Of a stretch of 64,000 bases of DNA, positions 9,404 through 19,226 are shown piece by piece; position 1 is the first letter of the stretch; the number at the start of each line of letters is the position of its first letter. Made by a program: the position numbers and the translations under genes. Location: assembly GCA_963725665.1 (NCBI GenBank), contig CAVRZA010000011.1:320001-384000 (forward strand). Direction: 5' to 3'. Below the pieces are notes generated by a model. The model made no database searches. It worked only from the letters and a program-made list of their open reading frames with translations, and was not told the origin of the DNA. The DNA is from an uncultured Actinomycetes bacterium. Its GTDB lineage: Bacteria; Actinomycetota; Thermoleophilia; UBA2241.

Positions 9404-10597
9404 CTACGCCTCCACCTTGACGACGGCGCCGGCGCCTTGACCTCCACCCACGCAGGCCCCTGTGAGGCCGATCTCCTGGCCGCGCTTCTGGAGCTCGTGG
9501 ATGAGTGTCACGATCATCCGCGTACCCGTGTTGCCCAGTGGGTGGCCGAGGGCGACGGCGCCGCCGTTGACGTTGACGATGTCCGGGTTGAAGCCGAGCT
9601 CGCGGATCGCCAGGGCCGCCACGCAGGCGAAGGCTTCGTTGAGCTCGGCCAGTTGCACGTCTCTGCTCGAAAGCCCGGCTTTCTCCAGCGCCTTCTGCGC
9701 CGCGACCGTCTCGCCATAGCCCATGATCTCGGGCGCCACAGCCGCCGTGGCGTAGCTCGCGAGATACGCGATGGGTTTGAGCCCGAGCTCAGCGGCCTTG
9801 GCGCGCGAGGTGACGACCACGGCACTGGCGCCGTCGGCGATCGCCGAGGCGTTGCCGGCGGTCACGACGCCGCCGTCCTTGAAGACGGGCTTGAGGCCCT
9901 CGAGCGCCTCCGGGGTGGTCTCCCGCGGGCACTCGTCGGTGTCGACGACCTTGGGGTCGCCCTTGCGCTGGGGGATCACCACGGGCACGATCTCGTCCTT
10001 GAACTTGCCGTCCCTGATCGCTGCGCTGGCGTTGAGCTGGCTCCTGTAGGCGACCTCGTTCTGCTGCTCTTTGCTGATGCCAAACCGCTCGCTCAGGATC
10101 TCGGCCGTCATGCCCATATGGTAGTTGCCGATGGCACACCAGAGACCGTCGAGGACCATGGTGTCGAAGATCTTGTCGCTCGGCAGGCCCATGCGATATC
10201 CACTGCGGCCGTTCTGTAGCGCCCAGGGCGCACGCGTCATGTTCTCGGTGCCGCCGACGAGGTAGATGGCGCCGTCGCCGGCCCTGATCGCCGCCGCGGC
10301 CATGGCGAGCGCCGAGGCGCTCGAGACGCAGACGCGGTTGACGGTGATCGCGGGGACGTTCTCGGGGATGCCGGCCTTGAGCTCGGCCTGCCGGGCCGTG
10401 TTCTGGCCGAGACCGGCCTGGATGACGTTGCCGAAGATGACCTCGTCGAGTTGGTCACCCGTCACGCCGGCTCGATCGAGGGCCTCCTTCATGACTATCG
10501 CTCCGAGCTCGACCGCCGGCGTGGCGACGAAACCGCCCTGGAACTTGCCTTGCGCCGTCCGCACCGCGGACAGGATGACGACGTCGTTGTCAGGCAC
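9404..10597 (-). CDS. Acetyl-CoA C-acyltransferase (thiolase), atypical active-site loops
   Basis: [33 protein letters not shown]; GTG start follows GAGGAG. Confidence 0.92.
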   Translation of the reverse strand: MPDNDVVILSAVRTAQGKFQGGFVATPAVELGAIVMKEALDRAGVTGDQLDEVIFGNVIQAGLGQNTARQAELKAGIPENVPAITVNRVCVSSASALAMAAAAIRAGDGAIYLVGGTENMTRAPWALQNGRSGYRMGLPSDKIFDTMVLDGLWCAIGNYHMGMTAEILSERFGISKEQQNEVAYRSQLNASAAIRDGKFKDEIVPVVIPQRKGDPKVVDTDECPRETTPEALEGLKPVFKDGGVVTAGNASAIADGASAVVVTSRAKAAELGLKPIAYLASYATAAVAPEIMGYGETVAAQKALEKAGLSSRDVQLAELNEAFACVAALAIRELGFNPDIVNVNGGAVALGHPLGNTGTRMIVTLIHELQKRGQEIGLTGACVGGGQGAGAVVKVEA

Positions 10598-10688
10598 TAT
10601 CTCCTCCTCTATCTCGCGCGTGCGTTGCACTGCGCCAGGTGCGCCAATACCGCTCCGGCTGCGCGCTCTGTTTCGCTACGTCGTGCTC

Positions 10689-11432
10689 TCATCGGGCGCT
10701 GGCCGCGGCGAGGCGTCGCTTCATCTCGTGGGCGAGGAACGAGGCCACCTCGACGGGCGTGGTGCGCGGGCCGAAGCCCGCGTCGTAGCCAAGCTCCTTG
10801 GCGAAGGCGTTGTTGATGCGCGGGCCGCCGACGATGAGGACGAACCGCTCGCGCACCCCCTCGGCCTCGAGAAGCTCGATGAGCTTGGTCAGGTTCTGCA
10901 CGTGGATGTTCTTCTGTGTGACGATCTGTGACACGAGGATGGCGTCGGCCTCGCGCTCGAGGGCGGTCTTGAGGAGCTGCTCACAGGGGATCTGCGAACC
11001 CATGTTGAGGGCGTCGATCTCGGGATAGCGCTCGAGACCGTAGTTGCCGGCGGCACCCTTCATGTTGAGGATGGCGTCGATCCCTACGGTGTGGGCGTCA
11101 CTCTCGATGGCCGCGCCCACGACGCTGAGCTTGCGGCCGATCCGCTCCCTTATGTAGGCGTTCACGGAGTAGTAGTCCATCACCTCGACGTCAAGGTAGT
11201 CGCCCTGCACCTCGTCGGGGTCGATCCCCACCTGGGCGCGGCCGTAGGCCACGAAGAAGGTGAACGCGGGGTCGATGCCCCGGGCCTCGGCGACCGCGAC
11301 CTCCCTGAAGCCCAGCTTCTCGAGGAACTGCTTGCCGACGTCGGCCGCCTTGGCGGAGTAGGCGATGGGCAGGGTGAACGAGAACTGCATGATGCCGTCG
11401 TCGCGCGTGTCCCCGTAGGGTTTGACGATCAT
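10689..11432 (-). CDS. kamE: Lysine 5,6-aminomutase beta subunit (B12-binding)
   Basis: KPYGDTRDDGIMQFSFTLP; base-off motif DAHTVGIDAILNMKG; GLERY; SQIVTQKNIH. Confidence 0.95.
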   Translation of the reverse strand: MIVKPYGDTRDDGIMQFSFTLPIAYSAKAADVGKQFLEKLGFREVAVAEARGIDPAFTFFVAYGRAQVGIDPDEVQGDYLDVEVMDYYSVNAYIRERIGRKLSVVGAAIESDAHTVGIDAILNMKGAAGNYGLERYPEIDALNMGSQIPCEQLLKTALEREADAILVSQIVTQKNIHVQNLTKLIELLEAEGVRERFVLIVGGPRINNAFAKELGYDAGFGPRTTPVEVASFLAHEMKRRLAAASAR

Positions 11433-13051
11433 AGCGGTCCCCCCTCGAGAGCGGCCACGGGCTTCCGGTCGACGACGCGCCGCGGAGCTGCGGGCGGGCC
11501 GCTGGGGCGGCCCGCCCGCAGCTCCGCGAAGAACGGGTTACAGTAGTCGGCGGCCTTGACGACGACGCCGTCGCGGCCGCGGCCGCCCTCGGGATCGCGC
11601 CTGACGTCGGCGAACTCGCCTTCTGCGAGCGCTGTGAAGAGCCCGACGGTGGCGACGTGCTCGAGTTGCGCGACGGCGCGCTCGAGCACGTCGTTGGCGC
11701 GCGTTTCGACGATGCCCCCAGGCCTGAAATCGACGTCCCCCATGAGGTGACGGCAACCCTCGAAGAGATACTTGGCGTTGCGTATCGAGAGATAGCGGTC
11801 CTGCAGAAGGGGAGTGTGCAGCGCCTCCGTGAGCATGCCGAGGAGCATGATGTCCTGCCCCGTGACGATGCCGGTGAAGTTGAACATGGCGTCGATGATG
11901 TGCCCCTGAAAGATGTCGCCCGGCATGTACTTGGTGGGCGGCATGTACTTGAGCGGGTACTCGGGGAAGCACTCGCGGACGAGCAGGGCGTCGGCTATCT
12001 GATAGACGACCTGGTCGGGCATGGCGGGGTTGATCTCGAAGGCGTGCCCGAGGCCGATCTGCCAGGGCTCGAGGTCGGCGCGCAGGGCGAACTCCTCGTT
12101 GATGAAGTCCGACGAGACCACCGTGTGCGCCTGCTCGAAAGCGTCGGCGGTGGTGAGGTAGTTGTCCTCTCCGGTGTTGATGATGATGCCGGCGCGCGCG
12201 TTGACCAGCCGCGCCAGATACTGGTCGACGAAGGTGCGCTTCATGTTGATGTTGCGAAAGATGATGCCGTACAGGGAGTCGTTGAGCATCATGTCGAGCC
12301 GCTCCAGCGCGCCCATAGTGGCGATCTCGGGCATGCAGAGGCCGCTGGCGTAGTTGCAGAGGCGGATGTAGCGGCCGACCTCTTCGCCGACCTCGTCGAG
12401 GGCCGCGCGCATGTAGCGGAAGTTCTCCTGCGTGGCGTAGGTGCCGCCGAAGCCCTCGGTGGTGATGCCGTAGGGCACGTAGTCGAGGAGGCTCTGGGCG
12501 GTCGTGCGGATGACGGCCACCACGTCGGCGCCGGCCCTGGCCGCCGCCCTCGCCTGCACCGCATCCTCTTTGATGTTGCCGGTGGCGACGATCACGTAGA
12601 CGTAGGGTCGCTGTGCCTCGCTCGTCTGCGCGACGAGCTCGGCGCGCCTCTCGCGCACGCGGTCTATGCGCGCGATGCCTTCGCGCGCGAGCCGGGTCGC
12701 TCGCTCCTCGACGGCGGCGCGCCGCTCAGCGGGGACGGCCACCAGCTCGAGGTCGCCGGCAGCGACGCCGGCGGCGGCTTCATGCGCGTTCTTGCCGGCG
12801 CGCATCATGAGGTCGACGAACGGCAGCATCACACCGCTGGCGAGAAGCTCGCGCGCGTGCTCGACCACGACGTTGACCAGCGGGACGTCCACCTCATTGA
12901 CGCCCTCGATGCTCAGCAGTCGCAGCGAGGCCCGCTCGACGGAGTCCGTCGTGTGTGCGTCGATGTGCTGCCAGACGTCGTCGGCGATCGCTGAGGCGGC
13001 CTCGCGCGCTCGGCCCAGCATCGCCTCGTTGAGCGAGATCTTGTGCTCCAC
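11429..13051 (-). CDS. kamD: Lysine 5,6-aminomutase alpha subunit
   Basis: YVIVATGNI, IRTTAQSLLDYVPYGITTEGFGGTYATQENF, NYASGLCMPEIA, NTGEDNYLTTADA, KYMPPTKYM. Confidence 0.95.
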   Translation of the reverse strand: MEHKISLNEAMLGRAREAASAIADDVWQHIDAHTTDSVERASLRLLSIEGVNEVDVPLVNVVVEHARELLASGVMLPFVDLMMRAGKNAHEAAAGVAAGDLELVAVPAERRAAVEERATRLAREGIARIDRVRERRAELVAQTSEAQRPYVYVIVATGNIKEDAVQARAAARAGADVVAVIRTTAQSLLDYVPYGITTEGFGGTYATQENFRYMRAALDEVGEEVGRYIRLCNYASGLCMPEIATMGALERLDMMLNDSLYGIIFRNINMKRTFVDQYLARLVNARAGIIINTGEDNYLTTADAFEQAHTVVSSDFINEEFALRADLEPWQIGLGHAFEINPAMPDQVVYQIADALLVRECFPEYPLKYMPPTKYMPGDIFQGHIIDAMFNFTGIVTGQDIMLLGMLTEALHTPLLQDRYLSIRNAKYLFEGCRHLMGDVDFRPGGIVETRANDVLERAVAQLEHVATVGLFTALAEGEFADVRRDPEGGRGRDGVVVKAADYCNPFFAELRAGRPSGPPAAPRRVVDRKPVAALEGGPL

Positions 13052-14203
13052 CTAGACCTTCCTCGTCGCGCGGAGTTGCTCTGCGACATCGCCGGGGATC
13101 CGGGCGAGGCCGTTGACGACGTCGAAGACGGGGGCGCGGTCGCCGACTGCGTCGGCGACCGCGCTGAAGAACAGCTGCGGATCGTACGGCTTGGGCAGCC
13201 GGAACGGGTTGGTGGTCACCGCGAGCAGGCGCAGGGAGGTGAGAACGCGCAGGTCGACGCCGCAGCGGCGGAACCGCGCCACCGTTGCCGGCGGCAGGAT
13301 CAGCACGGTGGCGTCGCGCACGACGACACGTAACGTGTGGCGAGGTGCCAGGACGCGGGTGAAGTCGTCGACAAACTCCTCCGTAAGGGCTCCGCCGACA
13401 AAGAGCGTCGTGGTGCCTAGGCGCGTCACCTCGCGGGCGACCCTCACGCCCTCGCCGACGACCGTATCGAGCTCCAGCGCCGACTGGTGTCCGTGCTCGT
13501 CCACCGAGAGGGCGCGAACCGTGTTCAACGTCCGCGGCGCCACCAGGTCTCGGACCTCACGCGGGGCCTCGGGTATGGTGAGCATCTCCAGCGCGGCGGT
13601 CGTCGTCTCGACGATCTCGTCAAGGGAGTCGGCGACGAGGCCGCCGGTCGCCATGACGAGACCGTCGCTGACGCGCGGCGAGGCGCTGCCGAGGCGGTTG
13701 ATGGCGCCGTCGACCAGCACTTGCTCGGCGCCCCGTGCCTGCAGGCGGTCGACCGTTCCGCGAACCTCCGCCAGCGTCAGCGGACCGCTCACCTCGACCG
13801 CGCCCTCACCGCCGGCCTCGCCGATGACGACGCGTCCGAGCGAGGTGACGTAGGGGAGCTCCTCGACGATGCGCATCCTGTAGTGAGAGCGGGCGAGCGA
13901 CCCTTCCGTCGTCGCCACGAGCGTGCCGGGCGGCGGGGCGATGCGCGGCTTGTCGAGGCCTGTGAGGTGGTCGGTGCGCTCGCCGTCGAGGCCGAGCGAG
14001 GTGAGGCCGAACCGGCGAGCGCAGTTCGCCATCAGGCTGTTGACGACGGTCGTCTTGCCGGCGTTCTTGACCAGCCCGATGACGGCGATGGCGCCAAGGC
14101 CGCTCGTTTCCACGAGATCGTAGAGAGCCCCCGCCCCGCTCTCGTGCTCGCCTGTTCTTGGCGTCGGAGGAGTGATGGAGGTGCGCCCGGGCATGTTCGT
14201 CAC
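13052..14203 (-). CDS. kamB: Lysine 5,6-aminomutase reactivase subunit KamB-like P-loop protein
   Basis: IGLVKNAGKTTVVN, GLTSLGLDGERTDHLTGLDKPRI, DGAINR; immediately upstream of kamD. Confidence 0.75.
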   Translation of the reverse strand: MTNMPGRTSITPPTPRTGEHESGAGALYDLVETSGLGAIAVIGLVKNAGKTTVVNSLMANCARRFGLTSLGLDGERTDHLTGLDKPRIAPPPGTLVATTEGSLARSHYRMRIVEELPYVTSLGRVVIGEAGGEGAVEVSGPLTLAEVRGTVDRLQARGAEQVLVDGAINRLGSASPRVSDGLVMATGGLVADSLDEIVETTTAALEMLTIPEAPREVRDLVAPRTLNTVRALSVDEHGHQSALELDTVVGEGVRVAREVTRLGTTTLFVGGALTEEFVDDFTRVLAPRHTLRVVVRDATVLILPPATVARFRRCGVDLRVLTSLRLLAVTTNPFRLPKPYDPQLFFSAVADAVGDRAPVFDVVNGLARIPGDVAEQLRATRKV

Positions 14204-14898
14204 GCCCTCGATGCCTCGCTCACGAGCGCGCCGGCCTCGGCGACGCCGTCGTGGCGCCGGATCTCCTTCAGATAGCTGAAGATGGTGTAGCGCGAGAGGT
14301 CGAGGGCCTCAGCGACCTGCTCAGCTGAGCGCTTGACGAGGAAGGCACCGCGTTCCTCGAGGCGCTTCACTACCTCGCGCTTGTCGTCGCGGGTCATCGT
14401 CGCCGGAGTCTTGCCCATCTCCGCGAGGATCGCGGCGATCATGCCCGCCACGACTTCGCGGATGTCGTGGGCGAAGATCTCGCGCGTCTCCGGGCCGGTC
14501 TCGCCGCCCGAACGCCCGACGGCGGTGAGCGCGCCGAGCGTGCGCTGTGCCTGGACGATCTCGGAGACGTCGAGGTTCACGCCCAGGATGCCGATCTGCC
14601 GACCGTCGGCGTCGCGCAGCGTGACGGCGAGCGACCTCAGGATCTTGCCGTCCTGAGACGAGACGTAGAGCCTGACGTCGCTGCCGCTCCCCTGCGCGTT
14701 GCGCAGTGAACGCAGCATCAGGTCGGTGGGGACGTCGCCGACGTGGCGGCCGGTGACGTGGCCGTTCTCGATCGCGACGACCGAGTTCGGCATCGCGGCG
14801 AGGTCGTGGAGCACCACCTCACAGTTGGGCCCGAACATCTCCGCGAGGCCGTGCACCAGCGGCACGAAGCCGCGCAACTTGGGATCGACTGGTGCCAT
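14200..14898 (-). CDS. YheO/DauR-family PAS + HTH transcriptional regulator
   Basis: FGPNCEVVLHDL...IENGHVTGR; C-terminal LEERGAFLVKRSAEQVAEALDLSRYTIFSYL. Confidence 0.9.
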   Translation of the reverse strand: MAPVDPKLRGFVPLVHGLAEMFGPNCEVVLHDLAAMPNSVVAIENGHVTGRHVGDVPTDLMLRSLRNAQGSGSDVRLYVSSQDGKILRSLAVTLRDADGRQIGILGVNLDVSEIVQAQRTLGALTAVGRSGGETGPETREIFAHDIREVVAGMIAAILAEMGKTPATMTRDDKREVVKRLEERGAFLVKRSAEQVAEALDLSRYTIFSYLKEIRRHDGVAEAGALVSEASRA

Positions 14899-14948
14899 CG
14901 GACCTCCGCCCTCGACGAAGCCTCGCGGGCTTCGCAGCCTACGGTCTT

Positions 14949-14978
14949 GTTATATCGTTCACGACCTTGGCTTGTCAA
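14949..14978 (-). promoter_or_regulatory. Near-consensus housekeeping sigma promoter of the kam operon
   Basis: Minus strand TTGACA-N18-TATAAC, preceded by a T-tract. Confidence 0.75.
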
Positions 14979-15083
14979 AAAAAGTCAGGCGGCTACCGGT
15001 TTTAGTGGCGCTGGGACGCAGTGCAGCCCCGCTTTCGGTGAGTGCCGAGCGTGATGATGGCCGAAACGGCAAAGTCGCAGGGA

Positions 15084-15122
15084 GCGAGGACGGCGGCGCC
15101 GCAGAGGCGCCGCCGTCCTCGC
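15084..15122 (-). terminator. Hairpin downstream of htrA
   Basis: 17-bp perfect inverted repeat GCGAGGACGGCGGCGCC-gcaga-GGCGCCGCCGTCCTCGC. Confidence 0.65.
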
Positions 15123-15177
15123 GTCAGCAGTGCGCGCCGCGCCCGCCGGACGGCGAGCGCGGCGCACAGACGGAAGA

Positions 15178-16383
15178 TCAGAACCCTACTGGCTTACTGC
15201 CCAGCGTGACCTGGACGTCCTGGGTCTTGCCGTCGCGCACGATGGTCAGCGTGACCTTGTCGCCGGGCTTGTGGCCGGCGATGGTTTTCTGTAGCTGCTG
15301 CATGTCGGCGACCTTCTGGCCGTCGATGGCCGTGACGATGTCGCCGCCGATGGGGAAGGATTGGCCGCCGACGGTTGCGTCGGAGGAGGCTCCCTGCAGG
15401 CCGGCCGCCTCCGCCGGGCCGCCCGACATGACCGTGGCGATCTCGGCGCCCTCTGTGACCGACAGGTTGAGGGCCTGCGCCACCTGCGGGGTGATGCTGA
15501 CGCCGGAGATGCCCAGCCAGGCGGACGGTGTCTGGTTCTCGAGCCGCTTCATCGCCGTGACCGCCGTGTTGATGGGCACCGCGAAGCCCAGCCCGATGCT
15601 GCCGCTGCCCCCGTTCCTCGCCGTGGCGATCTGCTCGTTGATGCCGATGACGCGGCCCGTGGCGTCGATGAGCGGGCCGCCCGAGTTGCCCTCGTTGATG
15701 GCGGCGTCGGTCTGGATGCCGTTCTCGATGGCGGCGCGCGTCGGCGAGCTGAGCGGGCGGTTGATGGCCGACACGATGCCCGAGGTCATGGTGAACTCGA
15801 GGCCGAGGGGATTCCCGATGGCGACCACCTGCTGACCGACCTGGACCTTGCTGGAGTCGCCGAGCGGCAACGGCTTGAGGTTCGGCACCTTACCGGGATC
15901 GACTTTGAGGAGGGCCACATCGCTCGCGCCGTCGACGCCGACCACGGTCGCGTCGACAGTGGTCGTCTTGGTGCCGCTGCCCTTGAAGACGACCTGCACT
16001 TTGGTGGCCGGCTGTGGAGTGCTGAGATAGGCGCCAGTGTCGTCCTGGTACTCCACGACGACGTGAGCGTTGGTGAGGATCTCACCCTTGCTCGACACGA
16101 CGAACCCCGTGCCGATGCCGTGACCTTCCCCTTGCTGGCCGAAAAAGCCCTGGACCGAAGGGAAGGTCGACTGGACTTCGACGACGCTGGGCGTCGCCTG
16201 GCGGTAGATCTGCTCTGGAGTGAGACCGGCGCTCGGGCTCGCGAACGTCGCCGGGGCGCTCTGCACGATCTGCGTCGTCTCGGTCTTCACGAACGGGCTT
16301 CCGAGGAGAAGGAAGACGCCGAAGATGAGGGCGGCGCCGAGTACTCCGCCCACGAGGCCCAATATGAACGCTTTCGTCTTCAC
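15178..16383 (-). CDS. htrA: HtrA/DegP-type serine protease with PDZ domain
   Basis: N-terminal TM; ILTNAHVV, SDVALLKV, IQTDAAINEGNSGGPL; C-terminal PDZ. Confidence 0.93.
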   Translation of the reverse strand: MKTKAFILGLVGGVLGAALIFGVFLLLGSPFVKTETTQIVQSAPATFASPSAGLTPEQIYRQATPSVVEVQSTFPSVQGFFGQQGEGHGIGTGFVVSSKGEILTNAHVVVEYQDDTGAYLSTPQPATKVQVVFKGSGTKTTTVDATVVGVDGASDVALLKVDPGKVPNLKPLPLGDSSKVQVGQQVVAIGNPLGLEFTMTSGIVSAINRPLSSPTRAAIENGIQTDAAINEGNSGGPLIDATGRVIGINEQIATARNGGSGSIGLGFAVPINTAVTAMKRLENQTPSAWLGISGVSITPQVAQALNLSVTEGAEIATVMSGGPAEAAGLQGASSDATVGGQSFPIGGDIVTAIDGQKVADMQQLQKTIAGHKPGDKVTLTIVRDGKTQDVQVTLGSKPVGF

Positions 16384-16696
16384 AGGCGGTCCCTCCCGTC
16401 TCCGCTACTGAGCGCGGCGCCAGTCAGCGTCTACGCCGATGGCGACCTTGCGGCCGGCCGATCATCGGTCGCTCGAGATCAGCCGTGCGCCGAGGCCCGA
16501 TGACCCGCGTCCGCTCTCAGAGTAAGCCCTTCGGCGGTCTCCGTTAACCTCTGTCGATCCCATACTTCCCCCGCGCAGCCCTTAACAAGAGTCGATCCGA
16601 CAGCGGCGCGCCCCTTCTTGCAGGCTCACGCGCGCTCACTGTTGGCCGTGAGAGAGGGTTCCCAGGCCCGTCTGCGAGGGTGCCGAAAGGCCGCCG

Positions 16697-18499
16697 TCAG
16701 CTTTGACGACGCCGAGTCGACGTGTCTTCGGCCGGGCTCAGCGGCAGGGTAAGCGCGAAGGTCGCACCCGAGCCGTTCGTCAGCGTGGCGGCGATCGTGC
16801 CGCCCATGAGCTCGACGAGGTCGCGGGCGATGGAGAGCCCCAGCCCCGTCCCGGACTTGGCGCGGCTCGAGGAGCCGCGGTAGAAGCGGTCGAAGACGCG
16901 GTCGATCTCGCCCGGCGGGATGCCCGGCCCCTCGTCGGAAACGGCGAGCGCGGCGTGCTCGTCCTCCTTCGTCAGCGTGATGGTGATGCGGCCTCCCCGG
17001 GGCGAGAACTTGACGGCGTTGTCGAGCAGGGCGCGCAGCACTTGCGTGAGGCGCTGCTCGTCGCACCAGGCGACCGTCGCGACGCCTGGCGGCTCGACGG
17101 TCGCCGTAAGATCCTTGTCGACGAGGCGGCGCTGGAACTCCGAGAGCACCGAGGCGCTGACCTCGGCCAGGTCGACCGCGGCGGGGTGGATCGGCACCTC
17201 CCCGGAGTCCATCTGCGAGAGGTCGAGCAGGCTCAGCGACAGGTCGGTCAGCCGGTCGACCTGCTCCTTCATCAGCGCCAGGAAGTCGCGCTCGGTCGCC
17301 GGATCGAGGTCGCCCTCGTCCAGGAGCTCCATGAACCCGGAGAGTGAGAAGAGCGGCGTCTTGAGCTCGTGCGATGCGTTGGCGACGAACTCGCGGCGCG
17401 CGCGCTCGAGCTTGACCTGGTTGGTGACATCGCGCAGCACGATGATCGAGGCGACCTCGGCCTCCTCGTTGGTCGGGTAGGCGGTAGCTTCGAGGATGCG
17501 GTCCTTGAGATCGAAGACGACGGTCTGGTCCTGTCCGCCCTCGCGCGAGTCGCGCCACGCCTGCAGCGCGTCGTCGGGGAGCACGTCGGCGAGCGCCGAG
17601 CCGCCCGGCACGCGCCGCGCGAGAAGCTGGGCCGAGCTCGGGTTGGCGATCAGCACCCGGCCTTCGACGCTGACTCCGATGACGCCCTCACTCAGGTCGT
17701 TCAGGAGGATCTCGATCTGCTCCTTCTCGCGCTCAATCTGCGAGAACGCTTCGCGCAGCCTCTCGCCCATCTTGTTGAACGTGAGGCCGAGCTGGCCGAC
17801 CTCGTCGGGAGTGCGCACGCGTACCGTCGCCGCGAGATCGCCGGCGGCGATGGCCTCGGCGCTGCGCTCGATGCGTTTGAGGCGCCGGGCGATGAAGTAG
17901 GAGGCCAGGTAGCCTGTGAGAAGCGCGACGATGAGACCGAGCCCAGTGGCCAGGACGAGCTGCCGCTTCACGATCCCGACCGCCGTCTGCGCGTCGCGCA
18001 GCGAGGTCGTGATGAGCAGCACGGCGCCGAGCCTCTGTTCGTTGCCCCACGGGTAGAAGACGGGCGCCGCGACGGCGGCGTACTCAGTGCCGTTTATGGT
18101 CGTCGTGCCGGCCTGGGGCTGCCGCGTATCGACCACGCTCTTGATCATCGGGTAGTTCGCTGGATTGAAGGGCTGGCTGCGCCGCGAGTCGCCGAGCGCG
18201 TACTTCGTCGACGCGTCGACGAAGATGATGCGGGCGTTGATCTGCTGGTCGAAGAAGGCGGCCGTGTCCTGCAGTGTGATATTGGGGCCGGTCACGATCC
18301 GGCCGGTCTGGTCGATGGGAAGCAGCACGCGCTGGTCGAGGGAGCGCGCGCCCGTCGTCAGCTCGGTGAGCTTGCGGCTGACGAGGCGGTCCTGAAGGGG
18401 CGGCACGATGTAGAGGTAGGCGGTCAGCACGGCGACCGCCACCACGGCGAGGAAGAGGAGGGTCAGCCAGTTTCTGACCGATCGCAGCAGAAAGCCCAT
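16697..18499 (-). CDS. Membrane sensor histidine kinase (2TM-HAMP-PAS-HisKA-HATPase; WalK/PhoR-like)
   Basis: FVANASHELKTPL, LLDNAVKFS, SDEGPGI, FDRFYRG, GTGLGLSI. The real start is ATG 18499; the track extends it into the regulator gene. Confidence 0.92.
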   Translation of the reverse strand: MGFLLRSVRNWLTLLFLAVVAVAVLTAYLYIVPPLQDRLVSRKLTELTTGARSLDQRVLLPIDQTGRIVTGPNITLQDTAAFFDQQINARIIFVDASTKYALGDSRRSQPFNPANYPMIKSVVDTRQPQAGTTTINGTEYAAVAAPVFYPWGNEQRLGAVLLITTSLRDAQTAVGIVKRQLVLATGLGLIVALLTGYLASYFIARRLKRIERSAEAIAAGDLAATVRVRTPDEVGQLGLTFNKMGERLREAFSQIEREKEQIEILLNDLSEGVIGVSVEGRVLIANPSSAQLLARRVPGGSALADVLPDDALQAWRDSREGGQDQTVVFDLKDRILEATAYPTNEEAEVASIIVLRDVTNQVKLERARREFVANASHELKTPLFSLSGFMELLDEGDLDPATERDFLALMKEQVDRLTDLSLSLLDLSQMDSGEVPIHPAAVDLAEVSASVLSEFQRRLVDKDLTATVEPPGVATVAWCDEQRLTQVLRALLDNAVKFSPRGGRITITLTKEDEHAALAVSDEGPGIPPGEIDRVFDRFYRGSSSRAKSGTGLGLSIARDLVELMGGTIAATLTNGSGATFALTLPLSPAEDTSTRRRQS

Positions 18500-18521
18500 G
18501 AGATGCGCCCTTCGTGGACTC

Positions 18522-19226
18522 CTAGAACTCCCTGAACTTGTAGCCGATGTTGCGCACCGTGAAGATGAACTCCGGGTCCTTGGGGTCGCGCTCGATCTTC
18601 TCGCGCAGGTGGCGGATGTGCACGTCGACCGTACGCGCGTCGCGATACTCGGAGTCGCCCCAGACCATCTGCAGGAGCAGCTGCCGGCTGTACACGCGGC
18701 CCGGGTGTGAGATGAGCGTCTTGAGCAGCTCGAACTCCATGTAGGTGAGGTCGACCTTCGTCTCGCGCACGTAGACGTTGCGCTTGAGGACGTCGACCTC
18801 GAGCTCATCGACGCTGACGACCTCCGTCGCCGCCTCGCGGCGACTGCCCATCTCGGCCCGGCGCAGTTGCGCGCGCACCCTGCTCGTGAACTCGCGCACG
18901 CTGAAGCGGTCCTTGGTGATGTAGTCGTCGGCGCCGATCTCGAGCCCCAGCACCTTGTCGAACTCGTCGGCTTTGGCCGTCAGCATGATGATGGGGACCA
19001 CACTCTCGGCGCGCAGGCGGCGGCAGACCTCTATGCCGTCGATCCCGGGGAGCATGAGGTCGAGGATGACGAGGTCGAACTGGTCCTTCGCGAACAGGTC
19101 GAGGGCCTCCTGTCCGTCACGCGCCTGCACGACCTGGTAGCCCTCGCGCTCGAGAGGGAACCTGAGCAGCCTCTGGATAGCCTCCTCGTCGTCAACGACC
19201 AGGATCTTCGCCTTCGATACCGCCAC
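18522..19226 (-). CDS. OmpR/PhoB-family response regulator
   Basis: ILVVDDE, LDLMLPGIDG, GLEIGADDYITK, RTVDVHIRHLREKIE, TVRNIGYKF. Confidence 0.95.
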   Translation of the reverse strand: MAVSKAKILVVDDEEAIQRLLRFPLEREGYQVVQARDGQEALDLFAKDQFDLVILDLMLPGIDGIEVCRRLRAESVVPIIMLTAKADEFDKVLGLEIGADDYITKDRFSVREFTSRVRAQLRRAEMGSRREAATEVVSVDELEVDVLKRNVYVRETKVDLTYMEFELLKTLISHPGRVYSRQLLLQMVWGDSEYRDARTVDVHIRHLREKIERDPKDPEFIFTVRNIGYKFREF

